NCBI GenBank assembly: GCA_951406725.2
Contig: OX597841.1
Coordinates: 6,138,001-6,202,000, forward strand
DNA from: Octopus vulgaris
Lineage: Eukaryota
Reading direction: 5' to 3'
Length of the DNA: 64,000 nt
Below the pieces are notes generated by a model. That model was not told the origin of the DNA and searched no databases. It saw only the letters and a list, made by a program, of their open reading frames with translations. Below are positions 37,430 to 50,049 of the stretch, piece after piece (the first letter of the stretch is position 1; every line of letters begins with the position of its first letter). A program made the position numbers and the translations under genes.

Positions 37430-38674
37430 ATGATGCAAAATGAATTTTATAAGAAAGGGTGTGGTTTTCCTGATGATATGATGAGAGAGATAAAGAAAAC
37501 ATCATATCATTGCAATGTCTGTGGTAAATCATTCTCTCAAAAAAGTAACCTAACTACTCACAAACGTATTCACACAGGAGAGAAACCATACCACTGTGAT
37601 ATCTGTGGCAAATCCTTCTCTCATGGAACGACATTATCTTCTCATAAACATATTCACACAGGAGAGAAACCATATCACTGTGATATCTGTGGTAAGCCAT
37701 TCTCTAAAAAATGTAACTTAACTACTCACAAACGTATTCATACAGGAGAGAAACCATACCACTGTGATGACTGTGGTGAATCCTTTACTCATGGAAATAC
37801 CTTAGCTATTCATAAACATATCCATACAGGAGTGAAGCCATATCATTGTGATATCTGTGGGAAGCCATTCTCTAGAAATAATGACTTAACTAAACACAAA
37901 CGTATTCACACAGGGGAGAAACCATTTCACTGTGACATTTGTGGTGAATCCTTCTCTGAGCGAGGGATCTTAACTAAACATGAACGTATTCATACAGGAG
38001 AGAAGCCATATCACTGTGATATCTGTGACAAATCATTCTCTGTAAGATGTAACTTGACTAAACACAAACGCATTCACACAGGGAAGAAACCATTTCACTG
38101 TGATATCTGTAGTAAATCCTTTTCGCACGGAAACGCCTTAACTACTCACAAACGTGTTCATACAGGAGAGAAGCCATTTCACTGTGATATCTGTGGTAAA
38201 TCATTCTCGCAAAGAAGTCACTTAATTAACCACAGACATATACACACAGGAGAGAAACCATATCATTGTGATATCTGTGGTAAATCTTTCACTAAAGGGA
38301 GTACTCTTACTACACACAGACGTATTCATACGGGAGAGAAGCCATACCAGTGTGATATCTGTGGTAAATCCTTCTCTCAAATAAGTCCATTGACAACTCA
38401 TAGATATATTCACACCAGAGAGAAGTACTGTTCCTGTGACATCTGTGGTAAATCATTCTCTAGAAGTGCTAATCTATCTCGACACAAGTATGTCCATACT
38501 GGCGAGAAGCCACATCATTGTGATATCTGTGGTAAATCTTTCTCTCAAATAGTTGAAGTCACCAGTCACAAGCGTATTCATACAGGAGAGAAGCCTTATG
38601 ACTGCGATGTCTGTGGTAAATCATTCTCTCAAAGAGGACATTTAACCAGACACAAGTCTATTCATACAGGTTAA
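37430..38674 (+). CDS. C2H2 zinc-finger protein ZNF-A4, 14 fingers
   Basis: 14 canonical fingers (CDICGKSFS type); first ATG at 37430; candidate acceptor ttctttcAG at 37098-37099 and candidate upstream donor TAT|GTAAGT at 35541. Confidence 0.92.
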   Translation: MMQNEFYKKGCGFPDDMMREIKKTSYHCNVCGKSFSQKSNLTTHKRIHTGEKPYHCDICGKSFSHGTTLSSHKHIHTGEKPYHCDICGKPFSKKCNLTTHKRIHTGEKPYHCDDCGESFTHGNTLAIHKHIHTGVKPYHCDICGKPFSRNNDLTKHKRIHTGEKPFHCDICGESFSERGILTKHERIHTGEKPYHCDICDKSFSVRCNLTKHKRIHTGKKPFHCDICSKSFSHGNALTTHKRVHTGEKPFHCDICGKSFSQRSHLINHRHIHTGEKPYHCDICGKSFTKGSTLTTHRRIHTGEKPYQCDICGKSFSQISPLTTHRYIHTREKYCSCDICGKSFSRSANLSRHKYVHTGEKPHHCDICGKSFSQIVEVTSHKRIHTGEKPYDCDVCGKSFSQRGHLTRHKSIHTG

Positions 38675-39189
38675 TGTCTCTGATTATCATTTTTTTTCAA
38701 AACCGTCACACATTTATTAATGTTTGTATTCTCTTTTACCTATTTCTTTACTACCCACAAGGGGCCAAACACAGAGAGGACAAACAAGGACAGACATCCG
38801 GATTAAGTCGATTATTTTCTGTCTAGGGGACACAACTCAACCTTTTTGTCGCCCAAAGGGACAGCTAGGAACATCGTATACAGTATTCGAGTGCAGAGAA
38901 GACATTGCAACCTACACATGCGCCTTCGTTCCCTAGAGGGAAAGGACTAGATTGGGATTAGTCGTTGCCTACTAGGGGCTCTTACATACCCGGGCAACGC
39001 CGGGCTATGCTGCTAGTATATATATATATGTTATTATTAGTTTTCAATTTACTTAATCATTGGTATATTATTGGTATTTTATTTTTTATATTTCTATTAT
39101 ACGTAATTTTCTAGATGGTGTAATTTAGTTCTTCATTTTGAATTGATAAAAGGAGTTTTTTTCTAATATTTATATATATATATATATAT

Positions 39190-39633
39190 AGGCGCAGGAG
39201 TGGCTGTGTGGTATGTAGCTTGCTAACCAACCACATGGTTCTGGGTTCAGTCCCACTGCGTGGCATCTTGGGCAAGTGTCTTTTGCTATAGCCCCGGGCC
39301 GACCAGTGCCTTGTGAGTGGACTTGGTAGACGGAAACTGAGAGAAGCCTGTTGTATATATGTATGTGTATATATATATATATATATACACATATATACGA
39401 CATATATATGTGTGTGTGTATGTATATGTTTGTGTGTCTGTGTTTGTCCCCCTAGCATCACTTGACAACTGATGCTGGTGTGTTTATGTCCCCGTCACTT
39501 AGCAGTTCGGCATTAGAGACCGATAGAATAAGTACTGGGCTTACAAAGAATAAGTCCCAGGGTCGATTTACTCGACTAAAGACGGTGCTCCAGCATGGCC
39601 GCAGTCAAATGACTGAAACAAGTAAAAGAGAGT
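39190..39633 (+). mobile_element. SINE family A
   Basis: Matches the family. Confidence 0.85.
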
Positions 39634-39689
39634 ATATATATATATATATGTGTGTCTGTATGCAAGAGTGGTTGTGTGGTAAGAAGCGT

Positions 39690-39970
39690 ACTTTGACCCT
39701 GTGGAGATGTGACATTCCCAGGCTTCCTAAAAATGGCCGGGTACAGGTACCCGGTGATACTTGAGGTACGCCCCCCCCCCCTCCCAAGCGTCACCTGTGC
39801 CTGGAGCCTGGCCATATCAGGAAGAACTGTCCCAAGGGCCGTGGTAAGGCCCTGGAGCATAAAAAAGAAAAAGTTCCTGCCACCCCCTCATTGGAGGGGG
39901 AGACGGTGGAAGTCGTGGAGGAAGTTGCCTCCACGAAAAGAAAAAGAAAGGTGAGCAACAATGGTTGCTC
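39690..39970 (+). mobile_element. Non-LTR retrotransposon ORF1 (gag-like) fragment with zinc knuckle
   Basis: YPVILEVRPP then, after a poly-C frameshift, PK(R)HLCLEPGHIRKNCP = CX2CX4HX4C with the first Cys mutated. Confidence 0.6.
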
Positions 39971-41118
39971 ACCAAAGAATGTATATGTGGCTGAAGATTG
40001 CTCTACATTTTAAAACTGATGTAATACTTAAAGTGTTCAATTAAATGAAGTAGCATGAAACAATTGTACTACACTACCTTGGATATCCTTGTTGCTTATT
40101 TTGATTATAATCACCCCATTTGATTTATATGGATAATACCATACAAAATTCTGGTGCCTTTAACTTAAGTACCATATTCATCTGAATCTAAATTTTGCTG
40201 AACTTATATATATATACGAGCAAAATGCTCCTTGTCCAATGGACAGTGCTGAGTTGTCAAACATTTAAACCAAATTTTCTCAAAACAACATGTCCGACCG
40301 TCCCAAAGGCCTCCCTTTTGAGAGACACTGATTTAACCTAAATTTGAGACACCAGCAAAAGAAGAAATAAAGATAGACTTTTTTTCTATTCCGAAGAGTT
40401 TTTAAAGTACCAGTAAGTGCATCGCAACAGCTGATGTACTTACGTGTACAAATGCACGTTCACACGGCTTTATTGATCGCATTCTCACCTGGAACTGATT
40501 TTTGTAATTTTTTCAAGACTCATACACGCCCGGATACTGTTGGTATCTACATATCAAATTTGAATGCAATCAGAAGGAGGATGCCCAAGATCCTAGAGGA
40601 CACACAGACAGACAGAACGGATTTTATACAATATATATATCAAGGGTAACACAACACACACCCTGTTTGTTTACTTTTATATATATATATATATATGTGT
40701 GTATGTAAATTTTTCAAGTCTTGTAAAGTCTATCATTTTCTTTTGTATACCATCTTATAAAAATATTTATTTTGCAATAAAATACTTACTGCAAAGAGAT
40801 TTTTTGAACACCCTGTATAATGCAACAAATTATTAAAATGAAAGGATTTTAATTTCCAAATTCAGAACATTTTTAACAAAATATTTTAAATTGACCAAAA
40901 AATATTTCCTCACAAATTTCAATGATAAAGTTTTGCCTAAATTTCTCAGTGATTTCTGTTTTTGCTGGATCTGAATTATTAACAGAAAGAAAAGGAAAGT
41001 CTGCTTTTTACATTGAATGTTCTTTGCTTGTTTCTGATTTCATCATTGAATAATTTGTGGTTTTATGCTAGTCTAAGGAATATAAAGAATAAATTTTTTG
41101 AAGTAATACTTTTGAGTC

Positions 41119-41636
41119 GTCATCATCATCGTTTAATGTCCGTTTTCCATGATGGCATGGGTTTATCAGATTGACCGAGGTCTGGAGAACCAGCAGCTGC
41201 ACCAGGCTCCAATATTTCTACATCTTGATGCCCTTCCTAACACCAACCACTCTGAGTGTGTAGCAGACGCTTTTTACGTGCCACCGGCCCAGGAACCAGT
41301 CAGGCGGGCCTGGCGTTGATCATGTTCGGATAATGCTTTTTATGTGCCACTGGCCCAGGAGCCAGTCAGGCGGGCCTGGCTTTGATCATGCTTGGATAAT
41401 GCTTTTTATGTGCCACTGGCCCAGGAGCCAGTGAGGCAGGCCTGGCATTGATCATGTTCGGATAATGCTTTTTATGTGCCACTGGCCCAGGAGCCAGTCA
41501 GGCGGGCCTGGCTTTGATCATGTTCGGATAATGCTCTTTATGTACCACTGGCACAGGAGCCAGGGAGGCGGGCCTGGCATTGATCATGTTCGGATAATGC
41601 TTTTTATGTGCCACCAGCACGGGAGCCAGTCAGGGG
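41119..41636 (-). mobile_element. RTE-type LINE 3' UTR with 66-bp tandem units
   Basis: Family motif; about five units. Confidence 0.7.
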
Positions 41637-42146
41637 GTGTCATAGTTTAATAGAAAATAATACATTACAGACCAGGTAGAGTGAAGTCATCCTATTTCCA
41701 TGAAAATAACCAATCAAGAGGAAATATCAGATGAAGACAATGAAGGATTGGCAATAAGAAGGGTGTCTGGTGATAGGGAATCTCAATTGGCAAATTCTGG
41801 CAAGTGTGGAAAGGTGAACATAAAAAATGTCGATGGAGATCTGAGACTTGGATTTTTCTCACGATTCATGAAATGGTGTCTAAGACCAGACAGTGAACAG
41901 ATCCTCAGATGATATTTGTGGATTAAAAGAACAGAACGCTGAGAATGATTTCTAACATAATTTCACTTTTATAAAATGTTTTCCAAAGAAATGAATTTAT
42001 CATATTTTATAGTTAAATAGCTTCCTTGCATACTGTTAGCTTTCCAGACATTTGCGCATTACTGCATATACTTTATATGCACTTTTGACAAGTTGTGGTG
42101 CACCTGAGCACTGTATACAATAATTTCATTATTATTATTATTATTT

Positions 42147-42365
42147 ATGGAGATGTACTTGCATTGCAAGTGATTTGATCTGAAATAGTGTGCTGAAACA
42201 AAAACAACTGCAGCGTGGAAGGTGTTTGTAAGCCTTTGTCAGTTAACAGGTTGCGGTCTTAAAGCAGCGAAAATATTTTGACAAATTAAACTTAAATGTT
42301 GAAGTGAATCGAACAGCTTTTGTGTGTTTCTTGAATGGCTTACAAACACCTTCCACGCTGCAATT
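42147..42365. mobile_element. Penelope-like remnant with inverted repeat and variant hammerhead
   Basis: 26-bp inverted repeat TGCAGCGTGGAAGGTGTTTGTAAGCC flanking a hammerhead-shaped motif at 42235-42285. Confidence 0.5.
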
Positions 42366-42441
42366 ATTATTATTATATCATTTATAAGTAATTTTGTGCT
42401 GTGTTAAGTCACGACCAGAAACTAAAGATTTCCTCCATATT

Positions 42442-43647
42442 TTACGATAATAAAGTCTTTTGTCCCGTGTGGCTTCGTTTGTGGATAACAACACTAGAAC
42501 TCTGAGTAAAAGATTTTCCACAGATTTCACAGTGGAAAGGTTTTTCCCCCGTGTGGATCCGTATGTGCCTTGTTAAGTCACTGCTAGACACAAACCATGT
42601 CCCACAGATTTCGCAATGGTAAGGTTTCTCTCCCGTGTGACTACGTTTGTGGATATGAAGGCTAGAATTTTGTGTGAAAGACTTTCCACAAATGTCACAG
42701 TGAAACGGTTTTACACCCGTGTGTATTCTTAAGTGTTTTTTTAGACCAATATTTGAGACAAAATATTTTTCACATATTTGACAATGATAAGGTTTTATTC
42801 CCGTGTGAAGTCTTTCATGAACTGTAAGCCTAGATTTCTCGGAGAACGATTTTGAACAAATTTCACAACGATATGGTTTTTCTCCAGAGTGTTGTCTTTC
42901 ATGGAACGCAAGACTAGATTTATCAGAGAAAGATTTCTCACATATGTCACAATGATAAGGTTTTTCCCCAGAGTGAATTCGTTTATGTCTCGTTAAATTA
43001 CTGCTCTTCACGAAATATTTCCCACATATCTCACAACGATAGGGTGTAACTCCTGTATGTATACTTCTGTGCGTCGTTAAATTACTGTTATTAACAAAAG
43101 ATTTCCCACAGATTTCACAGTGATATGGCTTTTCTCCGGTATGTGTTCGTTTGTGGACTGTCAGATCATTTATATAAACGAAAGATTTCCCACAGACTTC
43201 GCATTGGAATGGTTTTTCCCCAGAGTGTATCCGTTTGTGTCTTGTTAGGACGCTATTTGAAGCAAAAGACTTCTCACATATTTCGCAATGGAACGGTCTT
43301 TCCCCTGTGTGGACTCTTACGTGTGTTATCAAATCTCTGTTTGAGACAAAAGACTTCTCACAAATTTCACAGTGGAAAGGTTTTTCCCCAGTGTGACTAC
43401 GTTTGTGATTTTCAAGATCATAATTTCTGTGAAACGATTTCCCACAGATATCACAACGGAACCGTTTCTTCTTCTTGTGTATTTTTTCGTGTGAGAAGAC
43501 TTCATCTTCTGAAGAGAATGCCTCCCCACAAATCTCGCAGCGAAATTCAGGAATATTGTTCATTTCAGCTGTTTCATCCCCGTCTGTCTCTCTATCTGTA
43601 TCTGTATCGTTCAAAACAATTGTGTCCAAATCATCAACGTTCTCCAT
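42442..43647 (-). CDS. C2H2 zinc-finger protein ZNF-B2, 13 fingers with MENVD leader
   Basis: 401-aa ORF with 13 fingers. Confidence 0.94.
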   Translation of the reverse strand: MENVDDLDTIVLNDTDTDRETDGDETAEMNNIPEFRCEICGEAFSSEDEVFSHEKIHKKKKRFRCDICGKSFHRNYDLENHKRSHTGEKPFHCEICEKSFVSNRDLITHVRVHTGERPFHCEICEKSFASNSVLTRHKRIHSGEKPFQCEVCGKSFVYINDLTVHKRTHTGEKPYHCEICGKSFVNNSNLTTHRSIHTGVTPYRCEICGKYFVKSSNLTRHKRIHSGEKPYHCDICEKSFSDKSSLAFHERQHSGEKPYRCEICSKSFSEKSRLTVHERLHTGIKPYHCQICEKYFVSNIGLKKHLRIHTGVKPFHCDICGKSFTQNSSLHIHKRSHTGEKPYHCEICGTWFVSSSDLTRHIRIHTGEKPFHCEICGKSFTQSSSVVIHKRSHTGQKTLLS

Positions 43648-45030
43648 ATTATTTCTTGAGCAATTCTTTAAAAAACTGACAAACGTCTGTGAGTTAATTT
43701 ATTGTGGTTCAATTTCTTGTCTTAGATATCACAGTCCTCCGTTTACAAGTGTGGAACAGATGCAATGTAGATGTATTTCCTACTCACCAGTAGAATGTTT
43801 GATATAAAGTCCAAATGAAAAGTAAGGAAGGCTGAGGAAAGTTCGTTGATTGATTTGTTGTTAATTAAAAGCCATTTCCCCTTTTCTGTAAAATTGGGAA
43901 AAACCAATTAAAGATGCAATTAACGATGTAAAAAAAAACTGTGATCAGATGAAGGTGAGGGAATACCGACCCTCAAACATGAAGGTTGCCCTGTCTTATC
44001 GACAAACATTAACGTTCACCTAATCATGAGATAATTACGATTTAATTAGATTTTGCTGAACTAATTAGAAAGACAAAAACAGGAGTCGGTGTCTTTGATG
44101 TTCCTGTCCCTTGTTTGAACGACACCGGTGACTTGTATTAAAAGTCCCCAACATCATATAACGTCAGGAAACCGCTTAAATTGTATCCAACATCACACAA
44201 AACAGTTATCATAACTTACAAAGGGAAGGATCTCTGTGTGGTCTTTCGATGTTCTAGAAATAGCAGTCAAGACTCCTTCAAAAATTCTGATGTAACTATA
44301 GAAAAATATGAAAACTCGACAAAACAGTCACGGCTGGAAAGTATTTTATCATAGGTATTCTGTATAAATCGTTTTGTGTTTTACAACATTTTCCATTTTA
44401 AACAATAATTTGAAAATGTACGAAGCAAATACAAAAACACTTCTAACGACAATTCATGTTTCACGCAAACGGGAGTTGTATTTTAAGATAGGAATTTAAA
44501 AAAAAAAAATAACGGAATGCGGTCGTAGGATCGCGGTTTCGATTCCCAGACCGGGCATTGTGAGTGTTTATTGAGCGAAAACACCTAAAAGCTCCACGAG
44601 GCTCCGTCAGGGGATGGTGGTGATCCCTGCTGTACTCTTACACCACAACTTTCTCTCACTCTTTCTTCCTGTCTCTGTTGTACCTGTATTTCAAGGGGCC
44701 GGCCTTGTGTCACGCTGAATATCCCCGAGAACTACGTTAAGGGTGCACGTGTCTGTGGAGTGCTCAGCCACTTACACGTTAATTTCACGAGCAGGCTGTT
44801 CCGTTGATTCGGATCAACCGGAACCCTCATCGTCGTAACCGACGGAGTGCTTCCACATATATTTTCCAAGTATTCAATAAATAAATTCTAATTTTTGTTT
44901 GTTTGTTTTATACACACACACACAGCAAACCCTTTAATCAGCCTCCTTCTCTCTCTCCGTCCTTCTGCACACATACATGTATTATACGCATACATATACC
45001 CTGCACACACACACACGCACGCATGTACGT

Positions 45031-45210
45031 CAGTGCTTTTCAAACTTTTTGCTGGAGCGGAACTCCAAGGAAACATTCCACTGGCTGGAGGAACCCCTGT
45101 GCAATATTTTAATTGTCTTATACACACATAATCTGCACAGGAGAATTAAAAATTACTGCCGATTTTAGCAGTTTTGTAACTTCTTGCGGAACCCTGGTTG
45201 AAAACCACTG
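45031..45210. mobile_element. hAT (Charlie-like) MITE
   Basis: TIRs CAGTGCTTTTCAA / TTGAAAACCACTG; perfect 8-bp TSD ATGTACGT. Confidence 0.9.
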
Positions 45211-45482
45211 ATGTACGTTAATGTCTCGATATACGAGTTAATTAGGAAACTGGTAAAGTAAGGCAATAATGCACTACCAACTTTCCAACATAGCACTCCT
45301 TAACACCCAAGCACGCTACTCACAAGGCTTAATATTAGCACATACTCAGATCAATAAAGCATTCTTCGGTACTACTTAAGAAGAGTGGTCCCGGTGCGCG
45401 CACTCGCGCAAGCTAGTCGTGACTCGTCGATCCTACAACGACTACCTAGCAAAGTAAATAAAACACAAAATAAATAATTTTT

Positions 45483-45950
45483 GGATCTTTTCGGTTTGAA
45501 CGGCAGTTTTTTCTAGCGGTGTCATAATACTAATAATAAAACATTGTGTACAGTGCTCAGGTGCACTACAACTCATCTAAAGTGTATATATAATCAGGTG
45601 TAGATTCGGCGGATTTCGGAAAGCATGAGGGCCTTAAAGGATGCAGTGTCATGGCAGTCAACAACTGACGCAGGCAGTTTATTCCATGCTTCAGCAACTC
45701 TGAGCGTGAAAAAATGTTTCCGAAAGTCATGGGAGCTGTGTTGTTTTCTGACTTTGTAGGCATGTCCACGTGTGTTGGACACATGGAGATCAAAAAGGTG
45801 TTCATATGAAATTGTCACCCATAATTATGACCCTAGTATCGATCTATTGCATTTCAATCTGTTTTAGGGTTAGGAGTGGGGAGAAGGGTATCTTTTTTTT
45901 TTCTTCACAAATGTAAATAAACCCAATCCGTTTCTTAAACGAGGGACATT
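45483..45950. mobile_element. DNA-transposon half (GGATCTTTTCGG TIR) with nested CR1-like 3' end (45528-45805, minus)
   Basis: Fuller copy at 62426-62838; LINE junction shows GGTG(T)TCATA microhomology. Confidence 0.7.
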
Positions 45951-46094
45951 TTTACGTGCCCCCAGAACGGGTACAAAATGGAATTCTGTTTTTATTATGT
46001 TTTTCTTGTAATTTTGTATTCAAAAATTTCATTCTGCTCTCTTCTTTGTTTCATAACATTCAACTAACATTTCTATATTTTTATATTTCTTTTA

Positions 46095-46703
46095 ATCTTT
46101 TACTTGTTTCAGTCATTTGACTGCGGCCATGCTGGAGCACCGCCTTTAATCGAGCAATTCGACCCCGGGACTTATTCTTTTTGTAAGCCCAGTACTTATT
46201 CTATCGGTCTCTTTTGCCGAACCGCTAAGTGACGGGGACATAAACACACCAGCATCGGTTGTCAAGCAATGCTAAGGGGACAAACTCAGACACACATACA
46301 CATATATATATATACAAAATCAGAAAATGGAGAAATACATCTAAATTATTAATCAACTACCAGATAATACCCAATCACATACTTTATTAAACCACCACAT
46401 AAGAACATTAGGGTTAAACATAAAAACATGTATTAATTTTGTTGGGTACTTCACTAGCAGTATATTGGATATATGTTATCCCATGGAGGGTTGAATTTGC
46501 AACCCCTATCTCAATTTGTATATATATATATACATATATGCGACAGGCTTCTTTCAGTTTCCGTCTACCAAAGCCACTCACAAGGCATTGGTCGGCCTGA
46601 GGCTATAGTAGAAGACACTTGCCCAAGGTGACACGCAGTGGGACTGAACCCGGAACCATGTGGTTAGGAAGCAAGATACTTACCACACAGCCACTCCTGC
46701 ACC
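46095..46703 (-). mobile_element. SINE family A with about 200-bp unknown insert in its (TA)n
   Basis: SINE halves flank unrelated sequence 46316-46518. Confidence 0.75.
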
Positions 46704-47196
46704 TACGGGACTTTTAATATATGATCAAGATTTGCTGCCTAAGATTTGAAACCAAATCTGCCAAGGAAATCCTCCCCACACCAAATGATTGATGGGGAAA
46801 CACTTGACCCCCCCAAGGACCTATGCTGGTCAAAGAAAGGACAGTCCTTTGTTTAGGGTTTGACCTACATTACTGACCATAGTCCATGTAACAGAAAGCA
46901 CTTCCTGTCTCTTTTTCTCTTGTGCCAGCACTGACCACGGAGCACTTCCCTTTGCCCCTTGCTCGACATACGAAGAGAAGCTTTTCACTACAAGAAAGAC
47001 AATCCCACCTTTATCCTTTCTCATCAGCACTGTGCATTCCTTACTCTTTCACTCTCTACTGACAGACAGCAGCTAACCAGTGAGCCAACCGTTTTGTCGC
47101 TATCACTTCTGTCCCTATAACTTCTGTCCCTATAACTGCCTGCCAGGCAAACGAATGAATACATGTAAATAATATTTCTCCTTTCTTGGTGTTGAT

Positions 47197-47790
47197 TCAT
47201 CATCATCATCGTTTAACGTCCGCTTTCCATGCTAGCATGGGTTGGCCAGTTCATCTGGGGTCTGGGAAGCCAGGAGGCTGCACCAGGCTCCAGTCTGATC
47301 TGGCAGTGTTTCTACAGCTGGATGCCCTTCCTTACGCTAACCACTCCGTGAGTGTAGTGGGTGCTTTTTACGTGCCACCGACACAGGTGCCAGACGAGGC
47401 TGGCGAACAGCCACGATCGGATGGTGCTTTTTACGTGCCACCGGTACGGGGGCCAGGTGTGGCTGGCAAACGGCCACAATTGGATGGTGCATTTTACGTG
47501 CCACTGGCACGGGGGCCAGACGAAGCTGGCAACAGCCACGAATGGATGGTGCTTTTTACGTGCCACCGACACAGGTGCCAGACGAGGCTGGCAACAGCCA
47601 TGTTCGGATGGTTCTCTTACTTGTCACCGGCACTGGTATCACAGCTGCAATTTCAATTGATGTTGATCGATTTCGATTCTCACTTGCCTCAACAGGTCTT
47701 CACAAGTAAAGTTTTGTGTCCCCAGAAGGAAAGGTATGCATAAGTGGACTGGCCCATCCTGGGTTATGGTTTCACTTGTCCTGCCGGGTC
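47197..47790 (-). mobile_element. RTE-type LINE 3' end (long copy)
   Basis: Family motif, 63-bp units, extends towards the ORF end. Confidence 0.7.
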
Positions 47791-47994
47791 TTTCTTCGAT
47801 ATTAACTGGTTACTCTGTTGTGAGAAACTACAAGTGTTACATCTACATTAGGTAGTGGGCTACATCATATCAGCGTGATATGGCATGTCGCTACAACGCT
47901 TCATGCCAAGTGAAATTATAGTCATGGCTGATGCTGGTGGCACATAGGAAGCACCCTTCAAATGCTGGTCCTCATGCAGGTGATGACAAGCAAT

Positions 47995-48624
47995 CAAGGT
48001 AGTTCGTGATATGTCATGCTGGAGAAGACCTGTAAAGCCAACTGAAATCATAGTTGTGTGCCAGGAGCGTAACCAGCCCACCTATGCATACCTTTCCTAT
48101 ATTGGACACTAAACTCTGCTTGCAAAAACCTGTTGAGGCAAGTGAAATCGAAATCGAAATCAAATTCGATGACAGACATCCGTCTTAGTTGAGTGCTAAG
48201 AGCACCATATGAGCATGATCGTTGGCAAAGCGGCTAACTGGGTTCTGTGCTGGTGGCACATAAAACGCACCATTAAAGCATGATCGTTACCAGTGTCACC
48301 TTACTGGCACTGGTGACATGTGAAAAGAACACTTGAGTAGGTCGTTGCCAGTGCCACTGGACTGGCTCCTGTGCAGGTGGCACATAAAAAGCACCATTTG
48401 AGCATGGCCGTTGCCAGTACTGCCTGACTGGTCCTTGTGCCGGTGGCACGTAAAAGCACCCACTACACTCTTGGAGTGGTTGGCATTAGGAAGGGCATCC
48501 AGCTGTAGAAACTCAGCTAGATCAAATTGGAGCCTGTTGCAGCCATCTGGTTCGCCAGTCCTAAGTCAAATCATCCAGCCCATGCTAGCATGGAAAGTGG
48601 ATGTTAAACGATGATGATGATGAT
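47995..48624 (+). mobile_element. RTE-type LINE 3' end (long, diverged copy)
   Basis: Begins with MLEKTCKAN*-like ORF end; (GAT)n tail. Confidence 0.65.
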
Positions 48625-49036
48625 ATATATATATATGTATGTATGTATATATAGATAGATAGATAGATTCGTGGCACTCCATTGGTTACGATGACGAGGG
48701 TTCCAGTTGATCTGATCAACGGAACAGCCTGCTTGTGAAATTAACGTGCAAGTGGCTGAGCATTCCACAGACTCGTGTACCCTTCATGTAGTTCTTGGGG
48801 GAGATTCTGCATGACACAGAGTGTGACAAGGCTGGCCCTTTAAAATACAACAGAAACAGGTTAGAAAGAGTGAAAGTTATGGCGAAAGAGTATAGCAGCG
48901 TTTGCCACCCTCCACTGCCAGAGCCTCATACACTCACAAAGCCTGGTCTGGGAATCGAAACCGTGATCCTACGACTGTGAATCTGCTGCTCTAACCACTC
49001 GGCCATTGTGCCTCCACTTTAGATAGATATATGATA

Positions 49037-49378
49037 TTCTTTTACTCTTTTACTGGTTTCAGTCATTTGACTGCGGCCATGCTGGAGCACCGCCTTTAGT
49101 CGAGCAAACTCGACCCCGGTACTTATTCTTTTGTAAGCCTATTACTTATTCTATCGGTCTCTTTTGCCGAACCGCTAAGTGACGAGGACATAAACACACC
49201 AGCATCGGTTGTCAAGCAACGCTAGGGGGACAAACACAGACACACAAACACACATATATATATATATATATACATATATACGACAGGCTTCTTTCAGTTT
49301 CTGTCTACCAAATCCACTGACAAGGCATTGGTCGGCCCGAGGCTATAGTAGAAGACACAGACACACATATTCACACAC

Positions 49379-49409
<31 letters not shown>

Positions 49410-49584
49410 CATATATATATGTCAGGGCTTCTTTCAGTTTCCGTCTACCAAATCCACTCACAAGGCTTTGGTCGACCTGAGGCTATAGTAGAAGACACTT
49501 GCCTAAGGTGCCACGCAGTAGGACTGAACCCGGAACCATGTGGTTGGTAAGCAAGCTACTTACCACACAGCCACTCCTGTGCCT
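49037..49584 (-). mobile_element. SINE family A with internal duplication
   Basis: Matches the family. Confidence 0.8.
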
Positions 49585-50049
49585 ATAATTTATTGTTTTT
49601 TAATAATGTTGTGAATGGAAGAGGAACTTGAATGGTACACATCAGTTAGGGGGAATCTGAAAGGGGTCTCAAGGAGTAGCATCCCTGCCTTCCTGAGCTA
49701 GTTTTCCACCACATTTCTTAAAAACCATGGTAGAGGCCTTGCTTTCGGGACCACTCATGTCAAGAAACTGAAGTTGGGGATAAGCAAGGGCATGCTCCCT
49801 GTAGAAAATCCAGCTCCCAAAAAACCTCATGATAGCAAAGGAGAATGGGCACCAGCCAGCCGAAAGTGAGGGCGATTGCTATGGCATTCAGGTAGATCCG
49901 GCCACTCCCTTTAACGGGGACAAAACCCAGATTTAAAACACTGGATGATGACATCACCTAACTGAATCAGAAGTGGTTAGGGAGGACAGGGGTTATAATT
50001 CACTCCTTTGTTGATTGTAAATGAGTCTGGAGAGTAAGGGTAATTGAAC

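Noticed and set aside
43125-43807. Antisense or alternative-frame ORFs over ZNF genes (also 33057, 60991)
   Set aside because: Shadows of the repetitive finger codons and of the duplicated upstream module; no independent domain
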